NCBI GenBank assembly: GCA_951406725.2
Contig: OX597828.1
Coordinates: forward strand, 54,808,001-54,872,000
Direction: 5' to 3'
DNA length: 64,000 bases
From: Octopus vulgaris
Lineage: Eukaryota
Part shown: in pieces, positions 1 to 12,907 of the stretch
Numbering within the stretch: the stretch's first letter is position 1
Layout of the letters: every line of letters starts with the position of its first letter
Notes under the pieces: generated by a model
Told to the model about the DNA's origin: nothing
The model's input: only the letters and a program-made list of their open reading frames with translations
The model's database searches: none
Made by a program: the position numbers and the translations under genes

Positions 1-52
1 GAGCCCTCTGCGTGGTCGCCTGATATGCTAAAGATAACAGGCAAACATTATT

Positions 53-278
53 ACTCTCTCTTTACTTGTTTCAGTCATTTGACTGTGCCCATACTGGAGC
101 ACCGCCTTTAGTCGAGCAAATCGACCCCAGGACTTATTCTTTGTCAGCTTAGTACTTATTCTATCGGTCTATTTTGCCCGAAGCTACAGTAGAAGACACT
201 TGCCCAAAGTGCCACGCAGTGGGACTGAACCCGGAACCATGTGGTTGGTAAGCAAGCTACTTACCACACAGCCACTCC
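53..278 (-). mobile_element. tRNA-derived CORE-like SINE (family A), internally deleted, with 18-bp TSD
   Basis: Minus strand starts GGAGTGGCTGTGTGGTAAG (A-box-like), then GGTTCAGTCCC (B-box-like) and TTGGGCAAGTGTCTT (CORE-like). TAACAGGCAAACATTATT flanks both sides (35-52, 279-296). Confidence 0.9.
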
Positions 279-644
279 TAACAGGCAAACATTATTGTCT
301 AAGATAAGAAAAAGACAGAATTAATAAAGTAGTCTTTGATATACTGGAAAAGGACGGAATGGCTACCTTCCGGAATGTTTTTGATCATAGATTTTTGCTT
401 GATGAATGCTGATTTGCAATTAATCATCATCAACAACAACAACAACAACAATAACAACAACAACATGTTTCTTGTTTGTTTTCTTTTTGTATGTTATTAC
501 TCAGCATAAACGATTATGTTTGCGTTCCCACGAGAGAAATATTGAAATACGTCGTTCCTTCACTTGAGAAGCAAGAAACCACTTCCTGCAATGTCTCTGC
601 AAGAGACTTTTCATCAGAGTTTCTTTTTCATTGCTGATGTTGCT

Positions 645-696
<52 letters not shown>

Positions 697-1164
697 TTTA
701 TTATCACAAAACGTACACCGGAAGTATAAAAATTTTTTCTGCTTACTGAAAGTGGAAACCAAAGTATTGGCCAACACATATCTGATTCAATATGAACTAG
801 CAGTGACCGTGAAACACCACACGGAAACTTCGTGCAGTATTTCGTTTCGTCTCTCAGCACCCTGAGTTCAAATCTCACCAGGACCGCATTTAACTTAATC
901 TCTTTCTATTTCTCCCCACTCTTCGGGGTTGAGGAAGGGAAACATTACAGCACGGCGATATACAATTGATTTCCTTTTACCCCGAACAAAATACTCGTTT
1001 TCCGCCAACGTAACAAGAAATCTGTTGGGAACTGTAAGTTAATATAGTTATTTTTGAAGCCAAAATATTTTCTCTGCCTTTTTTCTGCAAAGAAAACGAA
1101 TGAATTTTAATCGGATTTACGTATACACACGCACACGCGCGCGCTCTCACAATATAGATAATAA

Positions 1165-1579
1165 TAATTCCTCATAATTATGGCACAAGGCCAGTAATTC
1201 GGTAGTTAGGGTAAGTAGATTACGTCACCCCAGTACTCAACTGGTACTTATTTTATCGATCCCAAAAGAATGAAAAGCAAAGTCGACCTAGGCAGAATTT
1301 GAACTAAGAACGCACAGACGGATGGAATACCGCAAAGCATTTTGCGTGGCGTTCTAGCGATTCTACCAGCTTGTCAACTTAATAATCCTTTCTGATATTT
1401 GGGAGAGCGAGCTAGTCGATTAGATAGACCCCAGTACGCAATTGGTACTTAATTTATCGACCCCGAAAGGATGAAAGTGAAAGTCAACTTCGGCGGAATT
1501 TGAAATCAGAATGTAAAGACGGGCGAAATACCGCAAAACATTTCGTCCAGCGTGCTTCCGATCCTGCCAGCTCACCGCC

Positions 1580-1580
<1 letters not shown>
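1165..1580 (-). mobile_element. Two tandem SINE family B copies (about 1165-1380 and 1384-1580)
   Basis: Both are reverse-complement matches to the GAGCTGGCAGAA...GAGTTCAAATTCCGCCGAGGTCGACTTTGCCTTTCATCCTTTCGGGGTCGATAAA...AGTACCAGTT repeat found about a dozen times in the window. Confidence 0.85.
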
Positions 1581-1857
<277 letters not shown>

Positions 1858-2075
1858 CCCCTCTTTATTAGCCACAAGGGCCGACAAAAATAAGATTAGA
1901 CATTATAAAACATGAGAACAAAGTGGGGTTGCATAAGGTGTCGCGTAAAAAGTCAATAACAATGAAAAATATAACAAAGAAAATCCTAAAAGAGGCAAGC
2001 GACTCTAGGCTACACATGACGACCCCACGAAAAATCCACAAGTGCCACAACCGCTAGGGCAACAGCCCTCTCCCC
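1858..2075 (-). mobile_element. Probable LINE 3' UTR fragment
   Basis: Minus strand ends GGCCCTTGTGGCTAATAAAGAGGG followed by (ATT)n. The terminal motif resembles the SINE B tail. Confidence 0.45.
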
Positions 2076-2081
2076 ATCTTT

Positions 2082-2134
<53 letters not shown>

Positions 2135-2273
2135 CTTGGAAACTCAAAAGTTGACACGGGCCATCTTCACCACATCCACCCACCGTTTAACAAAATTGCT
2201 GGAAGTCAGCACTTCTCTCTCAATCCTCACTTGGAATCAGTTGATAACCGGACACATCCTACACGTGACAACA

Positions 2274-2555
2274 TGGGAAATACGAAGTTTGTGGTCAATG
2301 AAGAGAGTAGACGTGATACCAATAGTAATTGGCGCGCTTGGCAGTATCAGCACTCAGCTACGAACATGGCTGAAAAAGATTGGTGCGAGTGTGAAGGTGG
2401 AACACCTATTAAAATCAGCATTGCTTCGAACTGCAAGAATTCTTCGCGGGATTCTTGAAGCATGACCAGTAAACAAGAATCATCATAGTCTGCTGGCTGT
2501 GGACAGCCGACGCTTTCCATCATACCCAGCAAAATAAGCTGTGAGTTTTTCATCA

Positions 2556-2557
<2 letters not shown>
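2274..2557 (+). mobile_element. 3' end of R4/Dong-clade non-LTR retrotransposon
   Basis: Translates WEIRSLWSMKRVDVIPIVIGALGSIS...EHLLKSALLRTARILRGILEA*, matching the C-terminus of RLE-encoding R4/Dong ORFs. A short 3' UTR runs into (TAA)n. Confidence 0.85.
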
Positions 2558-2608
<51 letters not shown>

Positions 2609-2610
2609 TG

Positions 2611-2669
<59 letters not shown>

Positions 2670-2670
<1 letters not shown>

Positions 2671-2724
2671 TCGGGAAGACACTCGGCAAGAAATGGAAGC
2701 AAATTTGAAAGAAGAAAAAAAAAA

Positions 2725-2781
<57 letters not shown>

Positions 2782-2941
2782 GTAATAATAATAATAAGGC
2801 ATTCACTAGTACAACACTAAGTACGAAACCAAATATATGGCACCCTAGGCATAACACCAACATGAACTTCCAACTTGTTGTCTCTTGAGGTCTCTGGGTG
2901 AGACTTGGAGCCAGCTTGTGCAAATGTAAAGCAATAAGAGA

Positions 2942-2943
<2 letters not shown>
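2670..2943 (+). mobile_element. Two further short LINE-like 3' tails (2670-2724, 2798-2943) inserted in the (TAA)n array
   Basis: Unique segments bounded on both sides by (TAA)n and ending in A-rich sequence. Assignment to Dong-like elements is inference. Confidence 0.5.
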
Positions 2944-2982
<39 letters not shown>

Positions 2983-3584
2983 TCCTGCCCCAGGAAAAAA
3001 ATATATAGTTTTTGCATCAGAGACGGAGAAATAATTTTATATAGAAACAAAACTAACACGTACTGGGGGCGGACTATACACTGCGTCGAATGAAATATGT
3101 GGGGAAAAACACGAGTAAGAAGTCGAAACCGGATCCCCAGATTAACATAGTAAGAGGTGTAGCCCCATTTTGATAAGTCTCACCATTAATCCCTTAATCT
3201 GGTTGCTGAGATACGAGGTGAAATATTTATAAAAAAAACATGGGCGTGACATTCAAGGATTTTTTTTTCGTGTGGTTATAAGCGATATGACTTACGTAAT
3301 TTTGCAAAAGGCTTGAGCGTCACAAAATCCCATTTTCTTCGAAATATTATCCCTTTATTCGGAATGGATAGGAATACAACATTCACGTGGTTGCTCGAGC
3401 TCCGAGAAACAACAACCAAATCTCCCTTGAATAGCATTCACACATTAAAATAATATAGTCCGAGATACCTATGCATAGACTGGTTAGACACAGCTGGAAT
3501 ATTTTTGACCATACGTCCTCTTGATCAATATTGACCTGGGGCTAAACGACAGTAGAACTAACGGTATCAATATTTTAATTGGGT

Positions 3585-3804
3585 CAAGACGGTGAGCTAG
3601 CAGAAACGTCAGCATGAACGGAAAATTGCTTTGCAGCATTTCGTCCGTCTTTACGTTCTGAGCTCAAATTCCGCCGCGGTTCATCCACTTTGCTTTTCAT
3701 CCTATCGGGGTCAGTAAAATGAGTACTAGTCGAGTACTGGAGTACTGGAGTACTGGAGCTTACAACCTCCCCGAAATTGCTGGCCTTGAGCCAAAATTTG
3801 AAGG
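3585..3804 (+). mobile_element. SINE family B with about 17-bp TSD
   Basis: Family B body; CAATATTTTA(A/G)TTGGGT at 3568-3584 and 3805-3821. Confidence 0.85.
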
Positions 3805-3930
3805 CAATATTTTAGTTGGGTTACACAACAATAATGAGAAAAGTGCCGTGTGTGAAGAAATCTTAGAAAAAAACTATTAGTGATAAAGCCATTGACTTAA
3901 AATCATAATGTCTTTGATTACGATTTAGAT

Positions 3931-4452
3931 TAGTGGTTTTCAATAGGGATCCGTGTAGCCTTGAGGGCTTATATAAGATTTGGGGCTGGGGGAGGCACAT
4001 AACAAAGCAATAAATTGGGGATTAAACAACTATATTTTAAGGGCCCCTAAAATGATTTTGTACCAGATGAATTTATGTATTGCAAGAAACAGTTAGGTTT
4101 CTTTCCTTAACGTTTTACATAATTCGACATGTTTCCAGCCTCCGAAATACGTCCTATGGCAAAGCTATGCAAGGGAATGCGTAAAAGAAAAAAAAAAAGG
4201 TATTTTGAAAGAAGTATCTATAAAACTAGATATATATAGGATACAGACAAGATATAAACAAGACATATGTATTGCAAGAGACATCTAAGTTTCTTTCTCT
4301 AACATTTTACATAGTTCAACCCACACAAATTAATGTGTGCAAACATTAATAAATAACATTCTATAAAACTAGTTGTTAAACACCGATTGGCTATGGGGGG
4401 GGGGGGGGGCCACCAAAATAAAGTAGTAATCAAAATGGTTGAGGAACCCCTG
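3931..4452. mobile_element. hAT-type MITE
   Basis: Termini TAGTGGTTTTCAA / TTGAGGAACCCCTG. 8-bp TSD ATTTAGAT (3923-3930) vs GTTTAGAT (4453-4460). Internal 55-bp direct repeat (4074-4128, 4267-4320). Confidence 0.75.
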
Positions 4453-5416
4453 GTTTAGATAGTCGTTCATGAAGATTAAATCACTTTGTTCTCTCTATAT
4501 ACACCTCACGGTTACCCATGATTTAGGAGAGATTTAGTTGTTATTTTTAGCAGACCTAGTAACCATATACAGGCTCCAGAACGGACCATTTAATCAACAG
4601 ACCACTCTACCTCCAAACCAACCAACCACCACCACTACCACCACCACCACACTCAAACGAATGTCTCTATGTGTCTTCAATTATTTCGTGTTTCGTCTTG
4701 AATCAAACGTTTTCATGGCTACCTTGAAGGACTCGTAATCTTGTCATATACATACATACATACATATATACATTCCAATGAACTCACACACACACATACA
4801 CACACATCGCTCACTCTATCTTTCTCTCTTCGGTCACCCCCCACACCCCTTCCCGACTCACCCCCCACCCCCACCCCCGTTCTCCTCCACTTTCAATCTC
4901 CTCCACTTTGTGATTTATTATGTCCACTATAAAGTCTATAATAGACACCAAACCACTTTCGCTACTAAATCTAATTCCAGAGTTGCTACTCAAGCCGAAA
5001 CTCTTTATCTCGTTTCAGATTTTGCTTCTTATTTGTTTATTTATGCCATTGTTCGCTACTTCTGTTGTTGTTGTTGTTGTTGCTTATGTTATTATTTCAT
5101 CTTCTAAAAGTCTTATTCTTAACTCTTTATTCAAAGTTGTGTCCTCTCAAATATTTTATTTGTCTCAAAACCTTTCCTTGTATTCACACTGCAAAAACAA
5201 AAAAAAAACAAATCTATAATCGACTTCAGTTTATTTCTGTTTGCCTCTTTCTTTCTTTCTTTCTTTTACTTTTTGTCTTTTGCTTTCTCTTGCTTCACTT
5301 TCTCTCTCTCTCTCCCTCTCTCTCTCTCTCTATCTCTCGCTTACCCACAATCTTTCTCTCTCTATCTCTCTCACGGTTTATCTCTTCGTCTCTCAACCTT
5401 TCTACTCTCTTTTTAC

Positions 5417-5449
<33 letters not shown>

Positions 5450-5586
5450 TGTTTGCCTTTCAATAAATCAAGAATTTATTTTGTAGAGTATTTAGTCTAC
5501 CTTTTTCCATGTGTGTATGTGTATGCAAGGATGCACCTCCCACACACATACACGTATATATAAGTATATGTATATATATGTATATA

Positions 5587-5618
<32 letters not shown>

Positions 5619-5627
5619 AGTATATAT

Positions 5628-5682
<55 letters not shown>

Positions 5683-6234
5683 ATATATACATATATATAT
5701 ATGTATGTATATTTATATGTATATGTATATATGTATATACGCACGCATTCATACACATAAACATATATACACTTAGTGACAACTTTGTTAGTCAGTTGCT
5801 ATAGTTACCAAGTGTATTCGCTGCAAATTTATGATAGATGAAGTTGAGCACAAGTGTTGGGATGTGAGTGGGTGGATGGTGGTGGTGTGTAGGAGGAGGG
5901 TGACCGGGGTAACCGGGGTAGCCGGGGTGGTTGTCCGGTAAATACTATATAAAGATCTTAATGTAATTAATCATACACTTATACATCATGTGTGAGTGTG
6001 TCTATTCATGTCTGTCTATGTATGTAGCTGTATGTATATGTATGCATTTTATGTGTGTGTGAGTGTGTGTCTGTATGTGTGTGTGTATCCGGCAAGCAGG
6101 GTCGTGGGTTGAAAGTTCGCTTCAAAATTATTGGATTTTAGATTCAGTCAGACTGTGCCACACATTTTGTGTCCTCTTGAAGGGAATTTGGTCAACGGAT
6201 ACTGTGCAGAATCCGTTACGTATGTTGTTTTATT

Positions 6235-6629
6235 CTTTTATTCGTTTCAGTCATTTTGACTGCGGCCATGCTGGAGCACCACCTTTAGTCGAGCAAGTCG
6301 ACCCTAGAACTTATTCTTTGTAAGCCTAGTACTTGTTCTATCGGTCACTTTTGCCGAACCGCTACGTTACGGGGACGTAAACACACAAACATCGATGTCA
6401 AGCGATGTTGGGACACACACACACACAAACATACACACACACATACATACACACACACACATATATGACGGGCTTCTTTCAGTTTCCGTCTACTAAATCC
6501 ACTCACAAGGCGTTGGTCGACCCGATGCTATAGTAGAAGACACTTGCCCAAGGTGCCATGTAGTAGGACTGAACCTAGAACCATGTGGTTGGTTAGCAAG
6601 CTACCTACCACAGAGCCATTCCTGCGCCT
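6235..6629 (-). mobile_element. Full-length SINE family A
   Basis: tRNA-like head, CORE-like GGCACCTTGGGCAAGTGTCTT, internal (TG)n, 3' end TGACTGAAACGAATAAAAG. Confidence 0.9.
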
Positions 6630-6701
6630 ATGCATATATATATATATATATCTCTACACATATCTATATATACAGACACATATCTATATACAAACACATA
6701 T

Positions 6702-6811
<110 letters not shown>

Positions 6812-7608
6812 CACCACATACACACGCACACTGATGGTGGTGTACAAGCATATCGTAAAAACAGAGGGCCTAATGGCCACGTTTCTGCTTTTTATCTGTG
6901 GTGCCGGTAGCTTGTCTAGAAAAGTGTTCACTTGGTAGAAAAGCTTGGTGCGTCGAACCAATATAATTTTTGATCTGTAACCCAATGTTATTATGTTCTT
7001 TCCTTTGGGGATTTTGCATATGTCTTGAGAATGGACACTTGATGAAGAATTGGTACCTGCAAGCCACACATACGCACACACACATGAACACACACAAACA
7101 TAAATACATACATACGTGTATATGAGTGTGTGTGGGTGCGTGCGTGTCATTTTCAGAATATCACTTCTAATGGACAAAATTACCGAACAAGGATGTCATG
7201 AATGTATCTATATAAATTTTATTTAACTAAAGTATCTTTCTTCCATGACCCTCCATTAAGAAAGCATTGCAATGAATATTCTTAATAAAAATCCCAAATT
7301 TGACCTCACATCTTGTAACTTCACCGATTCTATTGCAAAGTTTTACATGGCCAGGAAATAATTCTTTGACAATATATATATATATTCCAGGGTGTATCTT
7401 CAGCCATTAATTCTACATTTTTTCCCCTAAAAATGTCTTTATTTGCGAAGCCAAGACTTATTGTAACAAAAGAAGTAAATTTTATTGATGCTCTCTGAAC
7501 AAATAAACTTTTAAGTAAATATTCACCGTTCTTAACAATTTTTATAAATCAATGTCAGTGGAACTATGTTTATTTGTATCTTTTGTGTGACTCATACAAG
7601 TATGTATA

Positions 7609-7687
7609 GACGCAGGCGCGACTGTGTGGTAAGAAACTTTGTTTCCCAACCACATGGTTGCGGTTTCAGTCCTACTTCGTGGCGTCT
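7609..7687 (+). mobile_element. SINE family A head fragment
   Basis: GCAGGCGCGACTGTGTGGTAAG...CCAACCACATGGTTGCGGTTTCAGTCC matches the family A head. Confidence 0.7.
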
Positions 7688-8114
7688 ATTCTATTAAAAG
7701 GATGTGACTCTTTCAGAATAATGTGATCAGTTTTCGATATTGGTAACTTTATCCAACATAGAAGCGAACAATTCCATAAACAGAGAATGGTTTTTCCAAG
7801 TTTAATTTTTTAATTTTCAGAATTTCTGACTTTGACATTATTACCGAAATTTTCAACAACATTACTAATTCAATCGCAATGTTTTGAGTTCTTTATGTGC
7901 AATCTTCCTTTCCTTCATACATTACACGACCCTCAATTGGCACCACTTCACAAACATCATTGGGCAAACTTGGACAGACAGAACTAACTGAAAAAGTACG
8001 GCCTGTAATATTACCACACATGCTCAGTAAACGCTCAATATTGCTAATCCGTTCTAAAAGATTACCTTTATATAATCCAGTATCAAATGTTTTCAGTTGC
8101 ATCTTTAATATGTC

Positions 8115-8336
8115 TACGAAGGGGTGCTGAAAAGTTCCTGGTTTTTAAGGGTCTTGTGAAAAGCCTGGTTGAAGGCCCCGACCTTCCCAGTTCTTTTAAA
8201 AAGCTTAGAAAACTGAAGGACCGCTGCAACAAATATGTGAATCTGAGAGGAGAATATGTTGTATAACATCATAATTAACTGATCCTCCTGTAGTTTCTTT
8301 TACCCAAAGTCAGGAACTTTTTGGCAACCCCTCGTA
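8115..8336 (+). mobile_element. Mariner-derived MITE
   Basis: TIRs TACGAAGGGGTGCTGAAAAGTTCCTGG / CAGGAACTTTTTGGCAACCCCTCGTA with TA ends. Internal remnant EKLKDRCNKYVNLRGEYVV* resembles a mariner transposase C-terminus. Confidence 0.85.
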
Positions 8337-8431
8337 AGGTATAACCCCACACTAACTCATATTTCGGTACCGTCGTAACTTATCCTGTTAATATTACTCG
8401 GTCACCGATATGTTTACACAATAAATAAATA

Positions 8432-8705
8432 AGCATGGCTCAGTGGTTAGAGCGTCGAGCTTACGACCGTGAGGTTGTGAGTTCGAATCCCGGACCGGGC
8501 TGCGTGTTGTATTCTTGAGCAAGACACTTTATTTCACGTTACTCCAGTTCACCCAATGTAGAAATGAGTTGCGACATCACTGGTGCCAAGCTGTATCGCC
8601 TTTTGCCTTTCCCTTGGATAACATCGTTGGCGTGGAGAAGAGAGACTGGTATGTATGGGCGACTGCTGGTATTCCGTAAACAAATTTGCCCGGACTGTGC
8701 CTGGT
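8432..8705 (+). mobile_element. tRNA-derived SINE (family E)
   Basis: TGGCTCAGTGG A-box, GAGTTCGAATCCC B-box, then TTCTTGAGCAAGACACTT. Related copies at 33537-33775 (+), 37590-37810 (-) and 60870-61088 (-). Confidence 0.85.
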
Positions 8706-9376
8706 GCAATCCCATTGTCAGTCATAACCGAAGCGGGGTCTCAGCAAATAAGGTATTTCTCTTTTATTCTTTATTTTATATTTGTATGCAAATGAATTCC
8801 GTACAGGGGTCCGGAACACACGTGGGAAATAAAATTTCACCGGCTGCGCGCCCGAGTTATCTTTGTTTTTAGACAACCTCATTACCATGAGTTCTGTTTT
8901 ACACAGCCACATTAAATAACCTGGCTTTAACTATGTGGATTATTTTACAGAGCCAGGCAAAATGTATTTTTTTGTTTTAAGCACGATATCTATTTTATAC
9001 AACGAAGCTAAATGTATGTTTATTCAAAATATCCATAATAGCTTATTTCCGGTTTATTCACACCCTCACTGTTTCAGATGATTGATGCGACCACCAACAA
9101 ATTGACTAACATACAGATGAAAAGAATCAATGTCTGCAACCTTTCGCATTATTCCTAATTGTAAGTTACGTAATCTCTGTCTACCTGTCTGTCTGTCTGT
9201 CCGTCACTCTCTTTTCCGCTCCACACTCTTAGTCTAAAACGGATGAAATCGACGCTCCTGTTAAGCATAAAGAGCCAGGCAAAACATGTATGCGTGTGTG
9301 TGTATATACATACACACACACTTATATATATGTATACATATATGTATATATATATATATATAGATATATGTATACA

Positions 9377-9488
<112 letters not shown>

Positions 9489-9527
9489 TGTATATATATA
9501 TATATATGTGTGTGTATCTATCTATCA

Positions 9528-9557
<30 letters not shown>

Positions 9558-9558
<1 letters not shown>

Positions 9559-9687
9559 ATCAGCCGAAATTACTACGATGATCCGGTTCTTGACTGAAGA
9601 CTGAGGGTTTCGAATGTCCTGTCCGTGTTTATTGTATCGTCTTCTAAGAGTTATACGTTCTTGTCCATGTTGTATTTTTCTACATAC

Positions 9688-9691
<4 letters not shown>
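9558..9691. mobile_element. (TA)n-embedded cassette, same family as 27864-27966 in opposite orientation
   Basis: TTCGAATGTCCTGTCCGTG...TTGTATC...CTTGTCCA is shared with the reverse complement of 27864-27966; flanked by (TA)n. Confidence 0.7.
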
Positions 9692-9717
<26 letters not shown>

Positions 9718-9718
<1 letters not shown>

Positions 9719-9938
9719 AGAATAAGATCGTTATTTAAATACCAATCTTAATCAGGTGTCCAGCATGGGAATAAAAACCTTCAAAGGTAATAATTATCTA
9801 AAATTATAATTTAGGGTATCTAAGAGATACCACCGATGTTCTGGTGCTGTATGAACATTTAATGTAGTTTTAGAGTTATGTATTGACTGCTATTTCCAGC
9901 ATGGTGGTATCTCTTAGATACCCTAAATTATAATTTTA
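9718..9938. mobile_element. (TA)n-embedded cassette with 36-bp perfect inverted repeat
   Basis: TAAAATTATAATTTAGGGTATCTAAGAGATACCACC (9799-9834) is inverted at 9903-9938. Confidence 0.8.
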
Positions 9939-9973
9939 TATATATATATATATACATGTCTGTATATACATAC

Positions 9974-10033
<60 letters not shown>

Positions 10034-10528
10034 GATCGGTTTTATATGTTTATTCATTTATTAGAGTCTTCGAGGTGTTTCGGATATACTTTTAGGTCGG
10101 TTCATGGTTCATTCTTATCAATCGATTGATTGACTGATTGACCGAAAATAAAGGGAACCGCCACCCATAGATATCTTCTTCAGAGCCGCAACGAACCAAC
10201 TTCCAAAGAAAAGGAAAGGATATGTATGTGTTTGTGTTTGTGTGTGTGTGTGTGTGTATGTGTGTGTGTGTATTACGTACTTATATATAAGTATACATTC
10301 ATGCATACATAACATACAGATATACGTATGTGTATGTGTGTGTGTGTGTACATTCACACACACACACGCGCGCGCGCACGCACACGCTTTTTCTATGGAC
10401 GTATATTTTGGTGTTATATCGAAATACTTTTTATGCAAAGCAACCGACATAGTGATTGCATAAAACTGAAAATAATCAGATTTAGAACAATGACCACAAA
10501 AACCGCATACATACATACATACGTACTT

Positions 10529-10598
<70 letters not shown>

Positions 10599-10830
10599 TA
10601 TATACATATATATGCATATATATATACATATATATATACATATATATGCATATATATATATGTATACACACACATAAATATCTAGACACACACATATATA
10701 TAAATATACATATACGCATATATGTATACATATGTATACATATGTATACATATGTATAGAACAACAGAATATATATTTATATATACATATGCATATACAT
10801 ACATACATACATACGTACATACGTACATAC

Positions 10831-10864
<34 letters not shown>

Positions 10865-11524
10865 TTATGTATGTATGTATACATACATACATTGATGCAT
10901 AGATATAGAAAATACGAAGACATACTTAGAAATATTATCTCGTATTGAAATACGCGCGTGTGTGTGCGCGCGTACATACATATATACATGCATACGTAGG
11001 TACGTACGTACACATACTAGTCTTCCTTCAGACACAAATTGTGTTTGTTGAAGTCAGGTATAGATGGAATTCTACGACCACCTGATATCTTCGTCAACGG
11101 AAGTACAAAGAGAATTGTTAATGTGTTTTGTCGATAATACAAACGCCGCACAGAAAGTCCTAATGTACGGAAGGAACCGAAACATCACGGACACAAATGC
11201 TTTCAATATGCAAATAACCTTGCTAGAATACTAGAATTTTCTAGCAGAATATTGAAAATAAAATTTGAAACTTACTTACGGCAATGAGATATTATAATAA
11301 ATATGTGAATGAATATTATATTTCGCGGTATCTTCGAAAACATTTTTTTATTGTGGAATATGTTAGCTCGGTGGATCATTAAAAGTGAGAATAATCAGAT
11401 TTATAGAGAGAATTATATAAGCTGCTGGTATGGTCGTGTGGTTAACACGTTTGCTTCTCAATCATGAGGTACGGGATTCGATACCATTGCACAAAGTTTT
11501 AAATCCTTCTACTATAGACTCGGA

Positions 11525-11955
11525 TTGCGTCCCCAAAGTCCATCCCCTCCTCACCGTGGTGGGGATGCTGGCAACGGGTTGTGTCAGAGCTATGCAATCG
11601 GGGACTTCGGTTCCTGGTAGGGCCACCCAAGGCAGATTGGTCTGACACCGAGCGGTATTAGGGCCACAACCCGGCAGACGGGTCTCTTGTGAAAATCCTC
11701 GGAGTGTCTGTTTCGGTAACCGGCGGCTCCTCGGTCGTTCTGTCCCTGCGTCTGCGGACAATCTGCGGCAAACAGGATGTCTCTACATGCGGGATTGTTT
11801 GGGGACCGCTTGTGAAATCCACATATTCCCACGAAACTTCTTCCAATAGAAGAAGCCGACTCAACCCGCCCAGTGTGAATGTCGCCACAAGTCCAAGTAC
11901 AAGTAAGATTCGGATTAATTTGGAATTTAATACGTGGTGCTTTAATTTTGAATTT
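11525..11955 (+). mobile_element. RTE (BovB/Expander-like) 5' region nested in a degenerate SINE A
   Basis: GC-rich island. CCGTGGTGGGG...GAGCTATGC...CCTGGTAGGGCCACCCAAGGCAGA resembles RTE 5' UTRs as recalled. SINE A head lies at 11424-11522 and its continuation (AGACG...GAAGCCTGTCG) at about 11958-11985. Confidence 0.55.
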
Positions 11956-12186
11956 AAGACAGACGTTGTGCGGAAGCCTGTCGTTATATTTGGTTCGTTC
12001 AACTGAGGCAGAAAGCAGAAATATGCTATAAAACTGACCGATTTTACTCGTTTGAATATCAGTCCCTTCCTTGGTAGAGTGTATTAATTCTCCAAATCAC
12101 TGAGACAAGATATTTGTAAATAATTTGTAAGTGATTAGATTATCGGGAAGTGCTGAGTCTTTCTGCAGAGAGAACCCTTCGATATA

Positions 12187-12413
12187 TATTTCTTTATTGC
12201 CCACAAGGGGCTAAATATAGAGGGGACAAACAAGGACAGACAAAGGGATTAAGTCGATTATATCGACCCCGGTGCGTAACTGGTACTTAATTTATCGACC
12301 CCGAAAGGATAGTAGGCAAAGTCGACCTCGGCGGAATTTGAACTCAGAACGTAACGGCAGACGAAATACCGCTAAGCATTTCGCCCGGCGTGCTACCGTT
12401 TCTGCCAGCTCGA
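12187..12413 (-). mobile_element. Young SINE family B copy with 14-bp TSD
   Basis: Nearly identical to the 18691-18926 copy; AACCCTTCGATATA on both flanks. Confidence 0.92.
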
Positions 12414-12611
12414 GAAAACCCTTCGATATAACAACACTATTTCTTCGGTGAAGTTAAATGCATTGAAATTATATTCTTAAAATTCTATAATAACCGAATC
12501 CCTAATCTTCAGGCAGGTTTACCCTGTACTGACGAAGTGTAACGAACCAAACCTTATCTACGGACCTGTTCATTGCCTGTAGCAAAAGTCAGTGCGAAAA
12601 ATATCTTTTAA

Positions 12612-12829
12612 TCTTTTCCTTGTTTCAGTCATTAGACTGAGGCTATAATGGGGCATCGTCTCGAAGGGTTTTAATCGAATAAATCGACCCCAGGACATTT
12701 TTAGAGCCTGGAATTTATACTATCTGTCTCTTTTGCCGAACCACTCAGTTACGGGGATATAAACACACCAACACTAGTTGTCAAGAGGTGATGAGTGACA
12801 AACACAGTCACAAAGACACATAGATATAT

Positions 12830-12907
<78 letters not shown>

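Noticed and set aside
6830-8110. Coding-like unique sequence (also 19000-19600, 37100-37520, 46260-46560)
   Set aside because: The frames examined contain stops and no recognisable motifs. Possibly old transposon debris, but this cannot be supported.
8432-8500. tRNA gene-like sequences here and at other SINE heads
   Set aside because: A and B boxes are present, but there is no complete cloverleaf and each continues into a SINE body.
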